In this document: piece by piece, positions 1 to 10,690 of the stretch
Layout: every line of letters starts with the position of its first letter
How positions within the stretch are numbered: position 1 is the first letter of the stretch
Assembly: GCF_000281045.1 (NCBI RefSeq)
Contig: NW_008246088.1
Coordinates: forward strand, 115,496 to 176,893
Source: Saprolegnia diclina VS20
Lineage: Eukaryota
Direction of reading: 5' to 3'
DNA: 61,398 nt
Translations under genes and position numbers: made by a program
Notes under the pieces: generated by a model
Database searches by the model: none
What the model was told of the DNA's origin: nothing
What the model saw: only the letters and a program-made list of their open reading frames with translations

Positions 1-355
1 GAGGTGTTTGGTGTACACGAGGGATGTATGGATGACAGAAATGTCGAGGCGCCGAAAGCTGGGCGAGCACACCAAGGTGATCGGTGTCGGCCACTGCGGC
101 GCGCGCTGGTGCTTCATGACCATCGAGCGGTGGAGCACTCTTCCGGAGGGAAATTCCTTGATGAGCAAATATGCGTGGATCGGGCGGTGGGGCTTGACGA
201 CGCTGAGGTCGGTCACGGACGCGTGCGAGATCTCAAAGCAGCACGGCGCTGTTGTAACGCAGGACGAAGCGCTCGAGGACGACAGGCGCGATGACGCGGT
301 CGAGCTCGAGACGAACGTGTCGACGAGGCTGTCGATGCTCTCGCACACGACCTAG
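1..355 (+). CDS. 3' end of a hypothetical protein (partial, cut by window edge)
   Basis: Frame open from the window start to TAG at 353-355; coding-like GC-rich codons, then an abrupt short spacer. No recognisable motif. Confidence 0.45.
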   Translation, partial: RCLVYTRDVWMTEMSRRRKLGEHTKVIGVGHCGARWCFMTIERWSTLPEGNSLMSKYAWIGRWGLTTLRSVTDACEISKQHGAVVTQDEALEDDRRDDAVELETNVSTRLSMLSHTT

Positions 356-374
356 AAGTACAAATGCAACGTAG

Positions 375-797
375 CTACAACAAAGATGCGTCTACCTGCT
401 GCGCGCTGTGGGCGGACGCCGACAAGCGGCGTGACAAGGCCCGTGGTCGGTGGCTGTGCGACGACGTGTGCACGATCGAGGCAATGAGGAGGTCGTCAGT
501 CCACGTAATGACCTCTTCAAAGAGCACATCCTTGACATAGCCGGCCTCGGTAATGTAGCGCGTCTTGGTGGCTCGCGCCGCAACGCTTGCGATCGCGTCG
601 ACGGCGTGCACGAGCTGGCTCCACTCGGTCATGCCGGGGCCGACGAGGTAGGCGAGCACGTTAGTCGCGCCATGCAGGACGCAGCCGTCGTAGGTGCGCA
701 AGACGACGTCGTCGTCGAGGACGTCCCGCAGGAAGACCGGGTCGTTGAGGCGGTAGAGGGCCGCGTACGTTGCATGCTGCGTGCTCGGCGTGCCCAT
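375..797 (-). CDS. Small hypothetical protein, possibly NTF2/SnoaL-like fold
   Basis: ORF from MGTPST (ATG 797; alternative ATG 833). 'LRDVLDDDVVLRT..G.VLHG' and 'EEVITWTDDLLIASI' resemble SnoaL-like patterns. TATA-like AT tract near 846-858. Confidence 0.5.
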   Translation of the reverse strand: MGTPSTQHATYAALYRLNDPVFLRDVLDDDVVLRTYDGCVLHGATNVLAYLVGPGMTEWSQLVHAVDAIASVAARATKTRYITEAGYVKDVLFEEVITWTDDLLIASIVHTSSHSHRPRALSRRLSASAHSAQQVDASLL

Positions 798-1709
798 CCC
801 TGTCGGACAAATAAATGCTGGAGTAAGAAACATGCATCTTGTTTCTATTTATAAAAAGAAAGATCGCAGCTGTCAAATATGGCGCTTGCCACAAAAGTTG
901 GCGACTTGGTGCAATTCCACGAAATTCCACGAAATAATTCGTCAAAAGTTGGGAAACGATGCGCCGATATATCTTCGTTTTGGGCGAGGCAAGGCAGAAC
1001 GAACGCTCCACGGACCAAGCTCAACAGTGTTCCAAGTTGAGAAACTAACATTTGCTGCCAGGATCCCACACGAGTCCCCGCTGGCGCATCCCTCAACCCT
1101 TAACACCAAACAAAGAAGAATACCCAACCTCTTGATCACCTCCCTCTATATAGATACTGGCTAAGCTGGACGGTAGATAGACGACTTGCTACAGCTAGCT
1201 GCAGCAGACGTGTTGGAATGAACGCTCGGGCAAGCTGTGGCGCACTTGGCGTTTGACTACCGGTACTGAAACGCCAAGGCGGGAAAAGCAGCGCCGTTCT
1301 CGTTCACTGGCAAGCGAAGGCTGCTCAAACAGCTCAGACGACTTGGTCAACGTATGTACAGTGCGGGCTCGTCATGAGGCAAGACTAAATCCCGTTGGTG
1401 CCAGTCTGCGGACAGATCGAATGCGATGCACCATAATACCCAGCCGCCGATCACCTCTCCATCTCGCTCGGGATGCGCTCGAGGCAGCTGCATCCGTAGC
1501 TCCTTCGCATCTTCGCGTGGGACCCAAGCGACGACGGTATATGCCTGAGCGTTGCCGAGCGTATTGGGTGCTGGAGCTTTGGTTATAGCGGGGTTTAGCG
1601 CACTCTGATTTCGCGTTTATTCAAGATGACAACGTTTAACGCGATGGCGTTATTCCGGATAACAAGGTGTGGATTCCGGATGGCGGTGCTTCTTTCCGAA
1701 TTTGCGGCG

Positions 1710-2871
1710 ATGAACATCAAGGTCAACTGCTCCGCCGGCTCGCTGCGCCTCATGGGCCTCGCCCTTGACACGACGCTTCTGCAGCTCAAGCTGCGGCTGA
1801 CGCAAGAGACGGGCCTGCCACCAGACCAGCAGACGTGTACATGCGCCTCGTCGTGGACACTGACGGCTACGAACACTCACGATACCTTGTCTAGTGCTGG
1901 CCGGATTTCCGCCCAAGCCCATCGTTGGCGACAACGATGCGCTCATTACAAGCGTTGGTATCACGTCTGGCTCGGCCATTCTCTTGAAGGAAGGCGTCGC
2001 GCTTCCATCGTCGTCGTCGTCGACGGCCAAGTTTCAGCGCAAGGTCATTGCTGGCGACAATAGCTGTCTCTTCAACGCGATCGGGTGCGTTCACTATTGC
2101 AAAGTGCTGCGATCCTCAGAGCTCGGAGGTAGGTTTTGCCTCGGGAAGGGTGCGACTGGCAATGGCGAGGCAATGCGGCAGGTCGTTGTGGTACGTTGCT
2201 ACGTCGCGCGCCACGAGGTCCTCAGCGAGTCGCGCAGGACGCCATTGTGCGCAATCCCGCGCTGTACAACACAACGTTCCTGGGCCGACCCGTCGACGAG
2301 TACTGTGCGTGGATCCTCGACAGCAAGTCGTGGGGCGGCGAGATCGAGCTCTCGATCTTGTCGATGCACTTTCGCATCGAGATGCTTGTCTTTGACGTCA
2401 TCAGCATGTCCCGGCTCTGCTACGGCGAAGACCAAGGCTTCACGCAGCGTCTCTTCCTCCTCTACGACGGGATTCACTACGACGCCATCACCGAAGTGGA
2501 CGCCCGCAGCAAGGACAAGACCCTTTTTGCCATCAACGATTTCGCCAAGGTCTGTGTTTGCCCTTTCGCGCGTACCCACACTTGTGGTGGTTTAGGTTGA
2601 AAATGCCAGCGTCCTTGCCGTCGAAGCGCATCAGGTACCCACATCCCGAGCCTTGTCGTCCTCGACTGGGGTTTGTAGACACATCAGTACACGGACGTCG
2701 GCGGCTTTACGATTCAATGCATGGTCTGCCGCCGCGCCTTCAAGGGCCAGGTACTACTTGCATAATCGTGTAAGTTAAAATATCGACTAATATCTTGTAT
2801 AGATGGAAGCGAGTGCCCATGCGCAGGAGACGGGCCATTACGAGTTTGGCGAAGTGTCGTCGCGTCAGTAG
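1710..2871 (+). CDS. OTU1: OTU1/YOD1-type deubiquitinase (multi-exon)
   Basis: UBL-like N-terminus with GFPPKP, catalytic GDNSCLFNAI, WGGEIELSIL and YDGIHYD, then a C2H2 finger (CMVC...HAQETGH). First intron 1837-1894, further short GT-AG introns, TAG at 2869-2871. Confidence 0.93.
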
Positions 2872-2889
2872 TAAAATGCAATACCACAG

Positions 2890-3772
2890 CTACGTTGTGG
2901 GGCCGTAGAGCACGACCGTGCGGTCGTTGAGTGGTTGCAGTGGCCTCGAGTTGGCTGTCTGCATCGCGTTGAAGAACGTAGCGACTTGCTTCGGGGACAC
3001 ACTACGAGGCTGCTGGCACATGACCCACTCGACCCCCTCGACAAACGGCGGTGTCGTGAGGGACCCTGCATAGCGGTAGAACGCATCTTGTGGCTGCACG
3101 AGGTTGCTGCCGTCAATGATCCCAATGTCAATGGCGCCTTGGTTCGCCCCGAGGTGGGGCAGGTGCGCCCAGATCTACTCCAAAATCGTGCAAATAAGAC
3201 AAGTTGTCTTCTTTTGTCGACAGACCAGGTTCAGAAATGTATTGTCTTGATCGCCGTAGACAAACGCAAAGCCGAGAACGGCCAACGCGCCGCTTGTGTC
3301 TGCGTGGACGATGTGCAGCTCGAGCGGAAACTGAACGTTGCAAATCGTGTGCTCGCCTATCGCATCGGAGTTGTGAGAGTGACGACTCGGTCCGGCGCTG
3401 ACTTGGCGTGTGAAAATGGAATTGAATTGGGCGGTAGGTCGTATCACCCAGCGTCAAGCTCGAGGCGTCGCCGCCCGACCACTCGATAAAGATATTGGGC
3501 CCGTCGTGCGACACCCTTGCTTGGCCTGCACCGTACTGTAGCTGGAGGCAACCAGTGTTTGGGATCGGCTCAAGCTGCGGAAGTGCAATCGGCGACTGGT
3601 GCAAGTGCAATTTCGCTTGGTTCTCAACAGTCGCTACCCCGTGTTAGCAGGGCACCTTGCTTGCGTACGTACTTGGGGCAGCGGGGTCGGGGCGGGGTGT
3701 CAACGTCGATATGCACGAGTGCCTCGAACGCGGCGCGTGGGTCGCACGCGGAATTGAGACGGTCGCACCCAT
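2890..3772 (-). CDS. Alpha-carbonic anhydrase (paralog 1), 3 introns
   Basis: QSPI, QFHFHTPSEHT, ELHIVH (Zn His triad), YRYAGSLTTPP, NSRPLQPLNDR. Introns 3634-3672, 3357-3402 and about 3174-3225. Spliced N-terminus reads MGATVS. Confidence 0.9.
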
Positions 3773-4100
3773 ACTTGAAGCTGCTTTGCTCCGGCGACAA
3801 CAGGAAACGGGCTTGAATGGCCGTTACTCTGATAAAGGCGCCAATGGCGGCGGTGCTTTGCACGTGTCAACGTCAGCAGCGAACGTTAGGAACAGCGAAG
3901 AGCTTCGGGCCAACTCGACAAGGTGTGATAACCCGTAGCTCCTTTGCACCTTTGATCCCCATACACAGTACTGCAGGATGCTGGCTTGCGCGAGTATTTG
4001 AGGTCCTCCGCATATCGATCGAGCTGCAGTTTCGCCCACTCGACATTCTATTATTTTATGTAAACGCCACTTTTTATAAAAATACGCAGAAAGGCCAAGC

Positions 4101-4790
4101 ATGCGCGTCGTGCAACTGCGCGTGGGCCGTGCGCGCGAGCTGGCGTCGGGCAGCTGGGACTGCGACTGTTCTGTGACGCTCGTTCAAGTTGGTAGCACCA
4201 ACGTGCTCGTGGACACGGGCGGCGCGTGGGCGGCTGCGGAGCTCACGCAGTCACTCGTGTCGCGCAACATGACGCTGGACGACATTGCACTTGTCGTCTG
4301 TTCGCACGGCCACTCGGACCATGTCGGGTGCTTGGCCCTCTTCCCGGAGGCCACGCACATTGTGGGCCGCGACATCAACCGACGCCACGAGTACGCGGCC
4401 GCAAGCGTGCTGGCGCGGGACCAAACCATTGGCCGCTGCCTCGCGACGGTCGCTGCCGACGGCAAGATTGCCCATCGCGAGCTGCCTACAGCGCCGCTAC
4501 GCGTGGTGACGACGCCTGGTCACACGGGCGCGTGCGTCTCGGTACTTCTCGAAGCGTCGAGTGCTTTTGCATTTGAACACGCGGATGGCCGCATTGAGGA
4601 GTTGCGCCGCGTTGCTATCGTGGGCGACCTCTGGGAGTGCGACGGCGATGAAAGCTGGTGGCGCGACCTCTCAGAAATGCCGACGCTTCACGAGTCGAGC
4701 CGTGCGTTTGTGCTGGCGTGGCACCCCGATGCGGTCGTGCCCGGCCACGGGCCTGCATTCTCGCCCCACCTCGCGCCATGCAACGAATAA
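4101..4790 (+). CDS. Metallo-beta-lactamase-fold protein (MBLAC1-like), intronless
   Basis: VLVDTGG, SHGHSDHVG (HxHxDH), TPGHT, GDL and PGHG motifs. TATAAAA about 25 nt upstream of the ATG. Confidence 0.88.
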   Translation: MRVVQLRVGRARELASGSWDCDCSVTLVQVGSTNVLVDTGGAWAAAELTQSLVSRNMTLDDIALVVCSHGHSDHVGCLALFPEATHIVGRDINRRHEYAAASVLARDQTIGRCLATVAADGKIAHRELPTAPLRVVTTPGHTGACVSVLLEASSAFAFEHADGRIEELRRVAIVGDLWECDGDESWWRDLSEMPTLHESSRAFVLAWHPDAVVPGHGPAFSPHLAPCNE

Positions 4791-4871
4791 TACCAAGTCA
4801 TTCAATTACGATTGCTGACTACTTGTCGTCGTGCTCCATAGATAATGAGAAAGGGCGCTCAAGGCACGTAG

Positions 4872-5798
4872 CTAGCAGAGCCTAGGAAAGACGCATGAGG
4901 CGAGCCTTCTTGGAATGTAGGCGGCGTACAAGGTGACCGTTCGACCGGTGACCGGCTGTGTCGGCCGGGCATTCGACGCACGCAGCGCACCAAACAGCGA
5001 CGCGACTTGTCCCGGCGTCGCTATCCGCGGTCGCTGGGCGACAACCCACTCGACGCCGTCGCCCGACGCCCCCGTGTACTGGTAGTAGCCTGCTTTGGGC
5101 TGCACGAGGACGCTTCCGTCAATGCGCCCGACCGCCGTCGCTGCCTGGATGGTCGAGAGCTGAGGCAGACTTGGCCAGACCTGCCAGAGACCACATGTGA
5201 ATGTCGGCACGCACACGAACTCTACCTGTTTTAGAAAGGCATCTTCGGTCTCGCCGTACTGGTAGACGTAGCTGACAACAGCCCAGCGGTCGTTGGGCGC
5301 CACGTGCACGACATGGAGCTCAAGCGGGAACTGCGCGCCCTCAATCGTGTGTTCGCCTATTTGAAATGTATTGGGTCGCCACTCCAAGGGTGCAAGGGTA
5401 CTTGGTGTATGGAAATGGAATTGCACCGGCTTGTATTTGACGCCGCGCAAGGTCAAGGCCGCAGTCGCGCCTCCGTCCCACGTGAAAAAGATGTTGCACT
5501 CGTCGTGGGAGCCTCTTGCGTCGGCGGCGCCAAAGGCAACGACTGCTTTCTTTCCGTTGGGCTCGGCTTGGAGTCGTCCGATCGCAATTGGTCCTTGGTC
5601 GGCGCCAACTACCACATGCGAGTTTGAGGCCGCGACCAAGAAGCTCTTCATGCACGTACAGGGCATGTTGCAGGAGTTGCCATGCTTGGGCGGCGGCGGG
5701 TCCACGATCACTGGCGGGGCCACGGGCGTCGCCTGCTTCTTGGGACTCACCCGGATCGTACGGGGCGACTGCTTCTTCTTAGAGAGGTTGCAGCCCAT
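4872..5798 (-). CDS. Alpha-carbonic anhydrase-like protein (paralog 2), 3 introns
   Basis: QFHFHTPSEHT, ELHVVH and NARPTQP motifs. Introns 5609-5659, 5357-5401 and 5181-5225 lie at positions corresponding to paralog 1. N-terminus MGCNLSKKK; lacks GSLTTPP. Confidence 0.88.
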   Translation of the reverse strand: MGCNLSKKKQSPRTIRVSPKKQATPVAPPVIVDPPPPKHGNSCNMPCTCMKSFLVAASNSHVVVGADQGPIAIGRLQAEPNGKKAVVAFGAADARGSHDECNIFFTWDGGATAALTLRGVKYKPVQFHFHTPSTLAPLEWRPNTFQIGEHTIEGAQFPLELHVVHVAPNDRWAVVSYVYQYGETEDAFLKQVEFVCVPTFTCGLWQVWPSLPQLSTIQAATAVGRIDGSVLVQPKAGYYQYTGASGDGVEWVVAQRPRIATPGQVASLFGALRASNARPTQPVTGRTVTLYAAYIPRRLASCVFPRLC

Positions 5799-6030
5799 TG
5801 CACTCTAAGCGTCTAAATGCAGCTCACGAAACGCGCCAGGTGCCACAACGCCTGCAAAGTCGGTCCTTTTATATAGAGCCTAACGGCGATGGTGGTGCCA
5901 CGCAATTGACCAGTTGTCGCCCGCCGTGCCACGTTTGCTCAGCAATTCATTCAGTATGTGGTGGCGACAGTCATTTGTATGAAGGTTCATAACGCGTCAG
6001 TGGTGTCGCTGCGAAGAGATCACTTCTTAG

Positions 6031-7119
6031 CTAGCTACGCTTCGACTTCTTCGGTGCATTCCAATGCTCGGCGCGAATCCCGTCTTCGCGCGACGCGCAA
6101 AAGAGGCTAAAGGCGGCGCCGGGCCCCAGCGCGATCGTCGCCAGCATAAAAAGAACCAGCGAGCGTGCGGCACGACCAAGACCGTGCGCACTGCTCGACT
6201 CACTGACAACGAGGAGCGCCATCGACGTTGTGAGCGAGATCGCGTCGACGAGGAGGAACCACAAGGGAATCGCTTGGTTTGCATCCAACGGCATCGAGAG
6301 CAAGAAGGCAGAGAGGTCACGCAGCGGCGCAACGGACCCACGACGCACCAACGGCGCGACGAGAAACGTCCAATGGTGCAGCGTCAGCGCCAGCGCAAAG
6401 AGTCTGTAGAGACCGCTGGCGACCCTCGAGACCGTTGTCGCCGACGCTTTGGTCGACGGGTTGGACACGAGAACGCGGAGCAGCGGCAAGAGAAGCGGGA
6501 AGACGCTGGGCCAAAACTGAAAGATCACAAATGCGCGCTGAAAGTCGAGGCCCGTCGAGTGGATCATGACAAAGAAGATGGCACCGAACGCCGCCGTGCC
6601 AAACGCAATCGTCACGAGCAGCGGGCTCGCGCCGAGCGTGAGTTCGTGCACCGGCAGCGGCACGGCCACCGCCTTCCCGAGTGACTGCGGGTACGAGTAG
6701 AGAAACGACGGGATCCACATCATTGGCAGCACGACCGAGATCCCAAGGAGCTGGTACATGGTCGCTGTGAGCGCCGGCCACGCGCACGGACCGCGCGCGC
6801 GCTGGCGCGTCGACTCGAGGCCCATGAAGAGAGCGACGCCCAAGAGCGCGCTCGAGAGGAGATGGTTGGTCATCTCGACGCGCGATGGGATCGGAGACGC
6901 CTGCGAATCGAGAAAAAAGTGCGTAAAGATGCAGAGGAAGTTGTCCATGCCCACGATGCCCGTGCGTACAAAGCCGTCGTCGGCGCCGTCCGCGGGCGCG
7001 AGCGGGTACGGGGCGTGGACGCAGCGCGCCGGCGGCTTCCACGCCATGAGCGCGGGTCCGATGAGCGCGCATGTGCCAAGGGTGATGGCGAGACTTCCGA
7101 TCCAACCGACAGCCCTCAT
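6031..7119 (-). CDS. Multi-pass membrane protein resembling the fungal CtvD/AurD family
   Basis: Intronless ORF from MRAVGW with many hydrophobic segments. Motifs TGxxGMDxFLCxFxxFF, LESTR, PxLxxxxYQLLGxxxxLP, FQFWP and GPGAAF...RE. Confidence 0.55.
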   Translation of the reverse strand: MRAVGWIGSLAITLGTCALIGPALMAWKPPARCVHAPYPLAPADGADDGFVRTGIVGMDNFLCIFTHFFLDSQASPIPSRVEMTNHLLSSALLGVALFMGLESTRQRARGPCAWPALTATMYQLLGISVVLPMMWIPSFLYSYPQSLGKAVAVPLPVHELTLGASPLLVTIAFGTAAFGAIFFVMIHSTGLDFQRAFVIFQFWPSVFPLLLPLLRVLVSNPSTKASATTVSRVASGLYRLFALALTLHHWTFLVAPLVRRGSVAPLRDLSAFLLSMPLDANQAIPLWFLLVDAISLTTSMALLVVSESSSAHGLGRAARSLVLFMLATIALGPGAAFSLFCASREDGIRAEHWNAPKKSKRS

Positions 7120-7493
7120 TTTGCACTTTCCGAGGGCCAGCGTCCGAGCCCCACTTTGATGCCATTGGTCGATGAAGAGCCAATGAAACACGCGCTTTGT
7201 CGCTTGAAGCAAATCCGCGGCCACGGCCGAACAAATTGCCGCTGTGCTTCAAGTCGCCCGAGTAGCTTAGCTTGCTCGGCGCGGAAGAGCAGCGCGATGT
7301 CCAAGGAAATTGCAGCTCGGTGGCGCGTCCGAGAGCTCGGGAATGCGATTCGATAGACTTTGAGAGATGCAAACACACTGCCCCAGGATTGCCGTTGGAG
7401 CGTTTTACTTGCAGCGTTGCTGGACAGAAATGGCCGCCCAACGTCGATGTATTCGCATTCGTTGGTCGTCTCACTCACTCCATTGATTAACAA

Positions 7494-8942
7494 ATGCAAG
7501 CCTTCGTGCAACTTCCCAGCCTCGACGTGGTCGACGGCAACAACCGAGACGAATGTGCGACCCAGCGACGCACCCGACAATGGCACACACAACTCGGCCT
7601 CATTAGCTTTGTTATCTTTGGTGCCGAGGCCTCGCGGGGCATCGTCATGCCGACGCTGTTTCTCTACTGCCAGTCGCTCGGTGGTGACCTCTACCTCATG
7701 GGCCTCCTCACGTCCGTCTTTAGCCTCGGCCGCCTCATTTCATCGACGGTCTTTGGGTACCTTTGCGACAGATACTCATTCCGCGCCGTGTACATCGTGT
7801 CGTCAATCATCGGCCTCGTTGGCAACGCGCTCTATCTGCTGCCGCACCCCCAAATTTTGCTACTCAGTCGCTTCCTTGTCGGCGTGAGCTCGGGCAACCT
7901 CAGCGTCTGTAGAGCCGATGTCGCTGCCAAGACCCACGTGGAGCATCGCCTCAAGTACCTCACCATGCTCGCACTCATGGTATACCTTGGCTACGCGCTC
8001 ACACCAGGCATCGGCGGCCTCCTTTCACGCGTCGACTTGACGGTTGCGGGCCTCCACATCGATGCCTACACGAGTACTACACACGGCTATCAACGAATAT
8101 CTCATGGGTTGTCTAGTCCCGGGTGTCCTCTTGGCGATCCTCAGTGCGATCTCGCTCCTGCTCATCATCTGCCTGTACGACGATTCGATTTCCGTCGACG
8201 ACGCACCCGAGGCCAAGCCCAAGACCACGACTGTGACCACCGCGGCGTCGTTCGAACTCTCGGACACGCTTGTTTACACCGGCGTCGTGCTCTTTATTTT
8301 CCTCAACATCGTCGCCCGCGGCGTGCTCTCGATCTACGAGACCACCAACGTACCTCTGTTCGCCCAAGTAACGGGCGAGAAGAATTCGACGATGATTGCC
8401 GCCGCGTCGGCGTTTCAGTTCAACCTCGGTCTTCTCGGGTACTGACAACGTTTCCAACGGCTCTAATCTATGGTCGTAGGCTCGTCGCGTACTTCGCCAT
8501 TGAAGTCTGGCACCACGCCGTCTCGGACGTCGCGTGGCTCGTCGGCGGCTTCCTTGCCTTGGGCATTGGCAACTTGATCCTTGCTGTTCGCACGACACCG
8601 ACGTATGTGGAGCTCTGGCTCGGTGTCTTCTTCCTCTGGAGCGTCGGCAGTCCCATTACGACTGCCGTCTGTGTCTCGGCCATGTCCAAGATCCTCGGCA
8701 CGCGCCAACAAGGCAAGTGGATGGGCCTCCTCGGGTCGGCTGCGTCGCTTTCGCGCATCATCATGCCAATGCTGCCAGCGCTCTTTGCGTCGTCGTTCGC
8801 GCCGCTCTTTTACATCAACGTCGGGCTCTGTACGGTCGCCATGAGTGCACTAGTAGCCTTTGATCTGATCGTGAAGCGAGCTAAAACCATGTCGCCAAGA
8901 GCCACCGCGGTTGTGCCCATCGCATCCCAGGCTGCCACGTAG
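7494..8942 (+). CDS. MFS transporter, MFSD8/CLN7-like (copy 1), 2 introns
   Basis: SRGIVMPTLFLY, FGYLCDRYSFR (MFS motif A), SRFLVG and SKILGTRQQGKWMG. Introns about 8073-8116 and 8439-8479. Confidence 0.88.
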   Translation: MQAFVQLPSLDVVDGNNRDECATQRRTRQWHTQLGLISFVIFGAEASRGIVMPTLFLYCQSLGGDLYLMGLLTSVFSLGRLISSTVFGYLCDRYSFRAVYIVSSIIGLVGNALYLLPHPQILLLSRFLVGVSSGNLSVCRADVAAKTHVEHRLKYLTMLALMVYLGYALTPGIGGLLSRVDLTVAGLHIDAYTSTTHGYQRISHGLSSPGCPLGDPQCDLAPAHHLPVRRFDFRRRRTRGQAQDHDCDHRGVVRTLGHACLHRRRALYFPQHRRPRRALDLRDHQRTSVRPSNGREEFDDDCRRVGVSVQPRSSRVLTTFPTALIYGRRLVAYFAIEVWHHAVSDVAWLVGGFLALGIGNLILAVRTTPTYVELWLGVFFLWSVGSPITTAVCVSAMSKILGTRQQGKWMGLLGSAASLSRIIMPMLPALFASSFAPLFYINVGLCTVAMSALVAFDLIVKRAKTMSPRATAVVPIASQAAT

Positions 8943-9246
8943 GTCGGTCCGCCTCTCTCGTCATAGCTCCAGCGGTACAGCATTCTTGGCTGTTCGACTT
9001 GCAACATTTAACATTTGTCCTATACTATAAGCAGCGTTTCGAGATACGAGGAATCTAGAAAGATCATGCCAGAAGGACTTCTTTTGTCATACTAACTGGA
9101 AGCCCTTGAGTTAGCGCTATATGTTTGTACTACCTTCTATTGAGCTAGTGGTAAGAGTATGGAAGAGAGTGTCCATCCATGACGGTGAATGGCGTCTAAA
9201 ATTACGGTCCCTGCCTCCGTTTCAACGCTTGACTCAAGATCGCAAC

Positions 9247-10690
9247 ATGTCTCACAAGTATGAGCCGCTGGTCGACGACGAGCGCAGCTCAGACGAAGTC
9301 GCGGCGCGAGCGCGCTCCTGGCGCCGTCAAATGGCGCTCATCAACTTCGTCATCTTCATCGCCGAAGCGTCGCGGGGTATCGTCATGCCGACGCTCTTCC
9401 TCTACTGCCAGTCGCTCGGCGGCGGCCTCTACGAGATGGGGCTCTTGACCTCCGTCTACAGCGTCGGCCGCCTCATTTCATCGACGGTCTTTGGCTATCT
9501 CTGCGATAAGTACTCGTTCCGCGCCGTGTACATTGCGTCGGCACTCATTGGCCTCGTCGGCAACCTCGTCTACGCTGTCCCCAGCACGCGCGCGCTCATC
9601 ATCAGCCGCTTCTTCGTCGGCGTGAGCTCCGGTAACCTCAGCGTGTGTCGGTCCAACGTCGCGGCTATGACAACCGTTGACGTTCGGCTCAAGTACCTCA
9701 CAATCCTCGCGATCTCGGTGTACTTTGGATATGCACTCACGCCCGGCCTCGGCGGAGTGCTCACGACAGTGGAATTCCATATTTTTGGCTTGCCCATCAA
9801 CCCTTTCACAGGTTCGAGCATTGTCGTCGTCAGTGTCTGAGGCGCTCGTTGTATTGGTAGCTCCAGGATTGCTTCTCGCAGGCCTCCACCTTGCGTCGAT
9901 TGTTCTTGTGGCCGCCACGTACGACGACACGATTGATGTGCGTGACGCGCCTCTCGCGAGCGTGGCACGGACACAGTCTTTGGCTACTTGGACAACGGAT
10001 CTCTCGGAGAAGCTCGTCTTTGCAGGTCTCGGGATCTTTATTTTTCTCAACTTTGTTGCGCGCGGTGTGCTCTCGATCTACGAGACGATCAACGTGCCGC
10101 TCTTTGTCCGCGTCACAGGCGACGCAAACAACACGGTCGTGGCCGCCGCGTCCGAATTCCAGTTTAACCTCGGTCTCCTCGGGTAATGACACCTTGTACA
10201 ACATCTATCTATCCAGTTGTCTAGGCTGCTCACGTATCTAGCCATCGAAATCTGGCACCATGTCGTCTCCGATAGCAAGTTGCTTATGATTGGGTTTGGC
10301 GGCCTCGGTCTTGGCAACTTGATTTTAGCGATGCACGCGACACCGACGTACACGAAGCTTTGGGTCGGTGTCTTCTTTCTCTGGAGCATTGGGAGTCCCA
10401 TTACGACCGCCGTCTGTGTCTCGGCCTTCTCCAAGATCCTTGGCACGCGCCAGCAAGGCAAGTGGATGGGCCTCCTCGGCTCAGCGGCCTCGGTCTCGCG
10501 CATCATCATGCCGATGCTGCCGGCGCTCTTTTCGAACTTTACACCGCTCTTTTGGATCAGCCTCGCTCTGTGCCTCGTCGGCGCCGCGCTCTTGGTGCTC
10601 TATGAAGTGGCCGTGACACGAGAAGTGAATGCGGCGCTGCTGCTGTCGCCCCCGACATCGCCCTCGAGGAGTCACATGGAATACGAGTAG
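9247..10690 (+). CDS. MFS transporter, MFSD8/CLN7-like (copy 2), 2 introns
   Basis: Starts MSHKYEPL; same motifs as copy 1. Introns about 9812-9860 and 10183-10223. Confidence 0.88.

Noticed and set aside
4101..4790. MBL-fold gene as an antibiotic-resistance or HGT gene
   Set aside because: Motif layout fits the widespread eukaryotic MBLAC1-like family.
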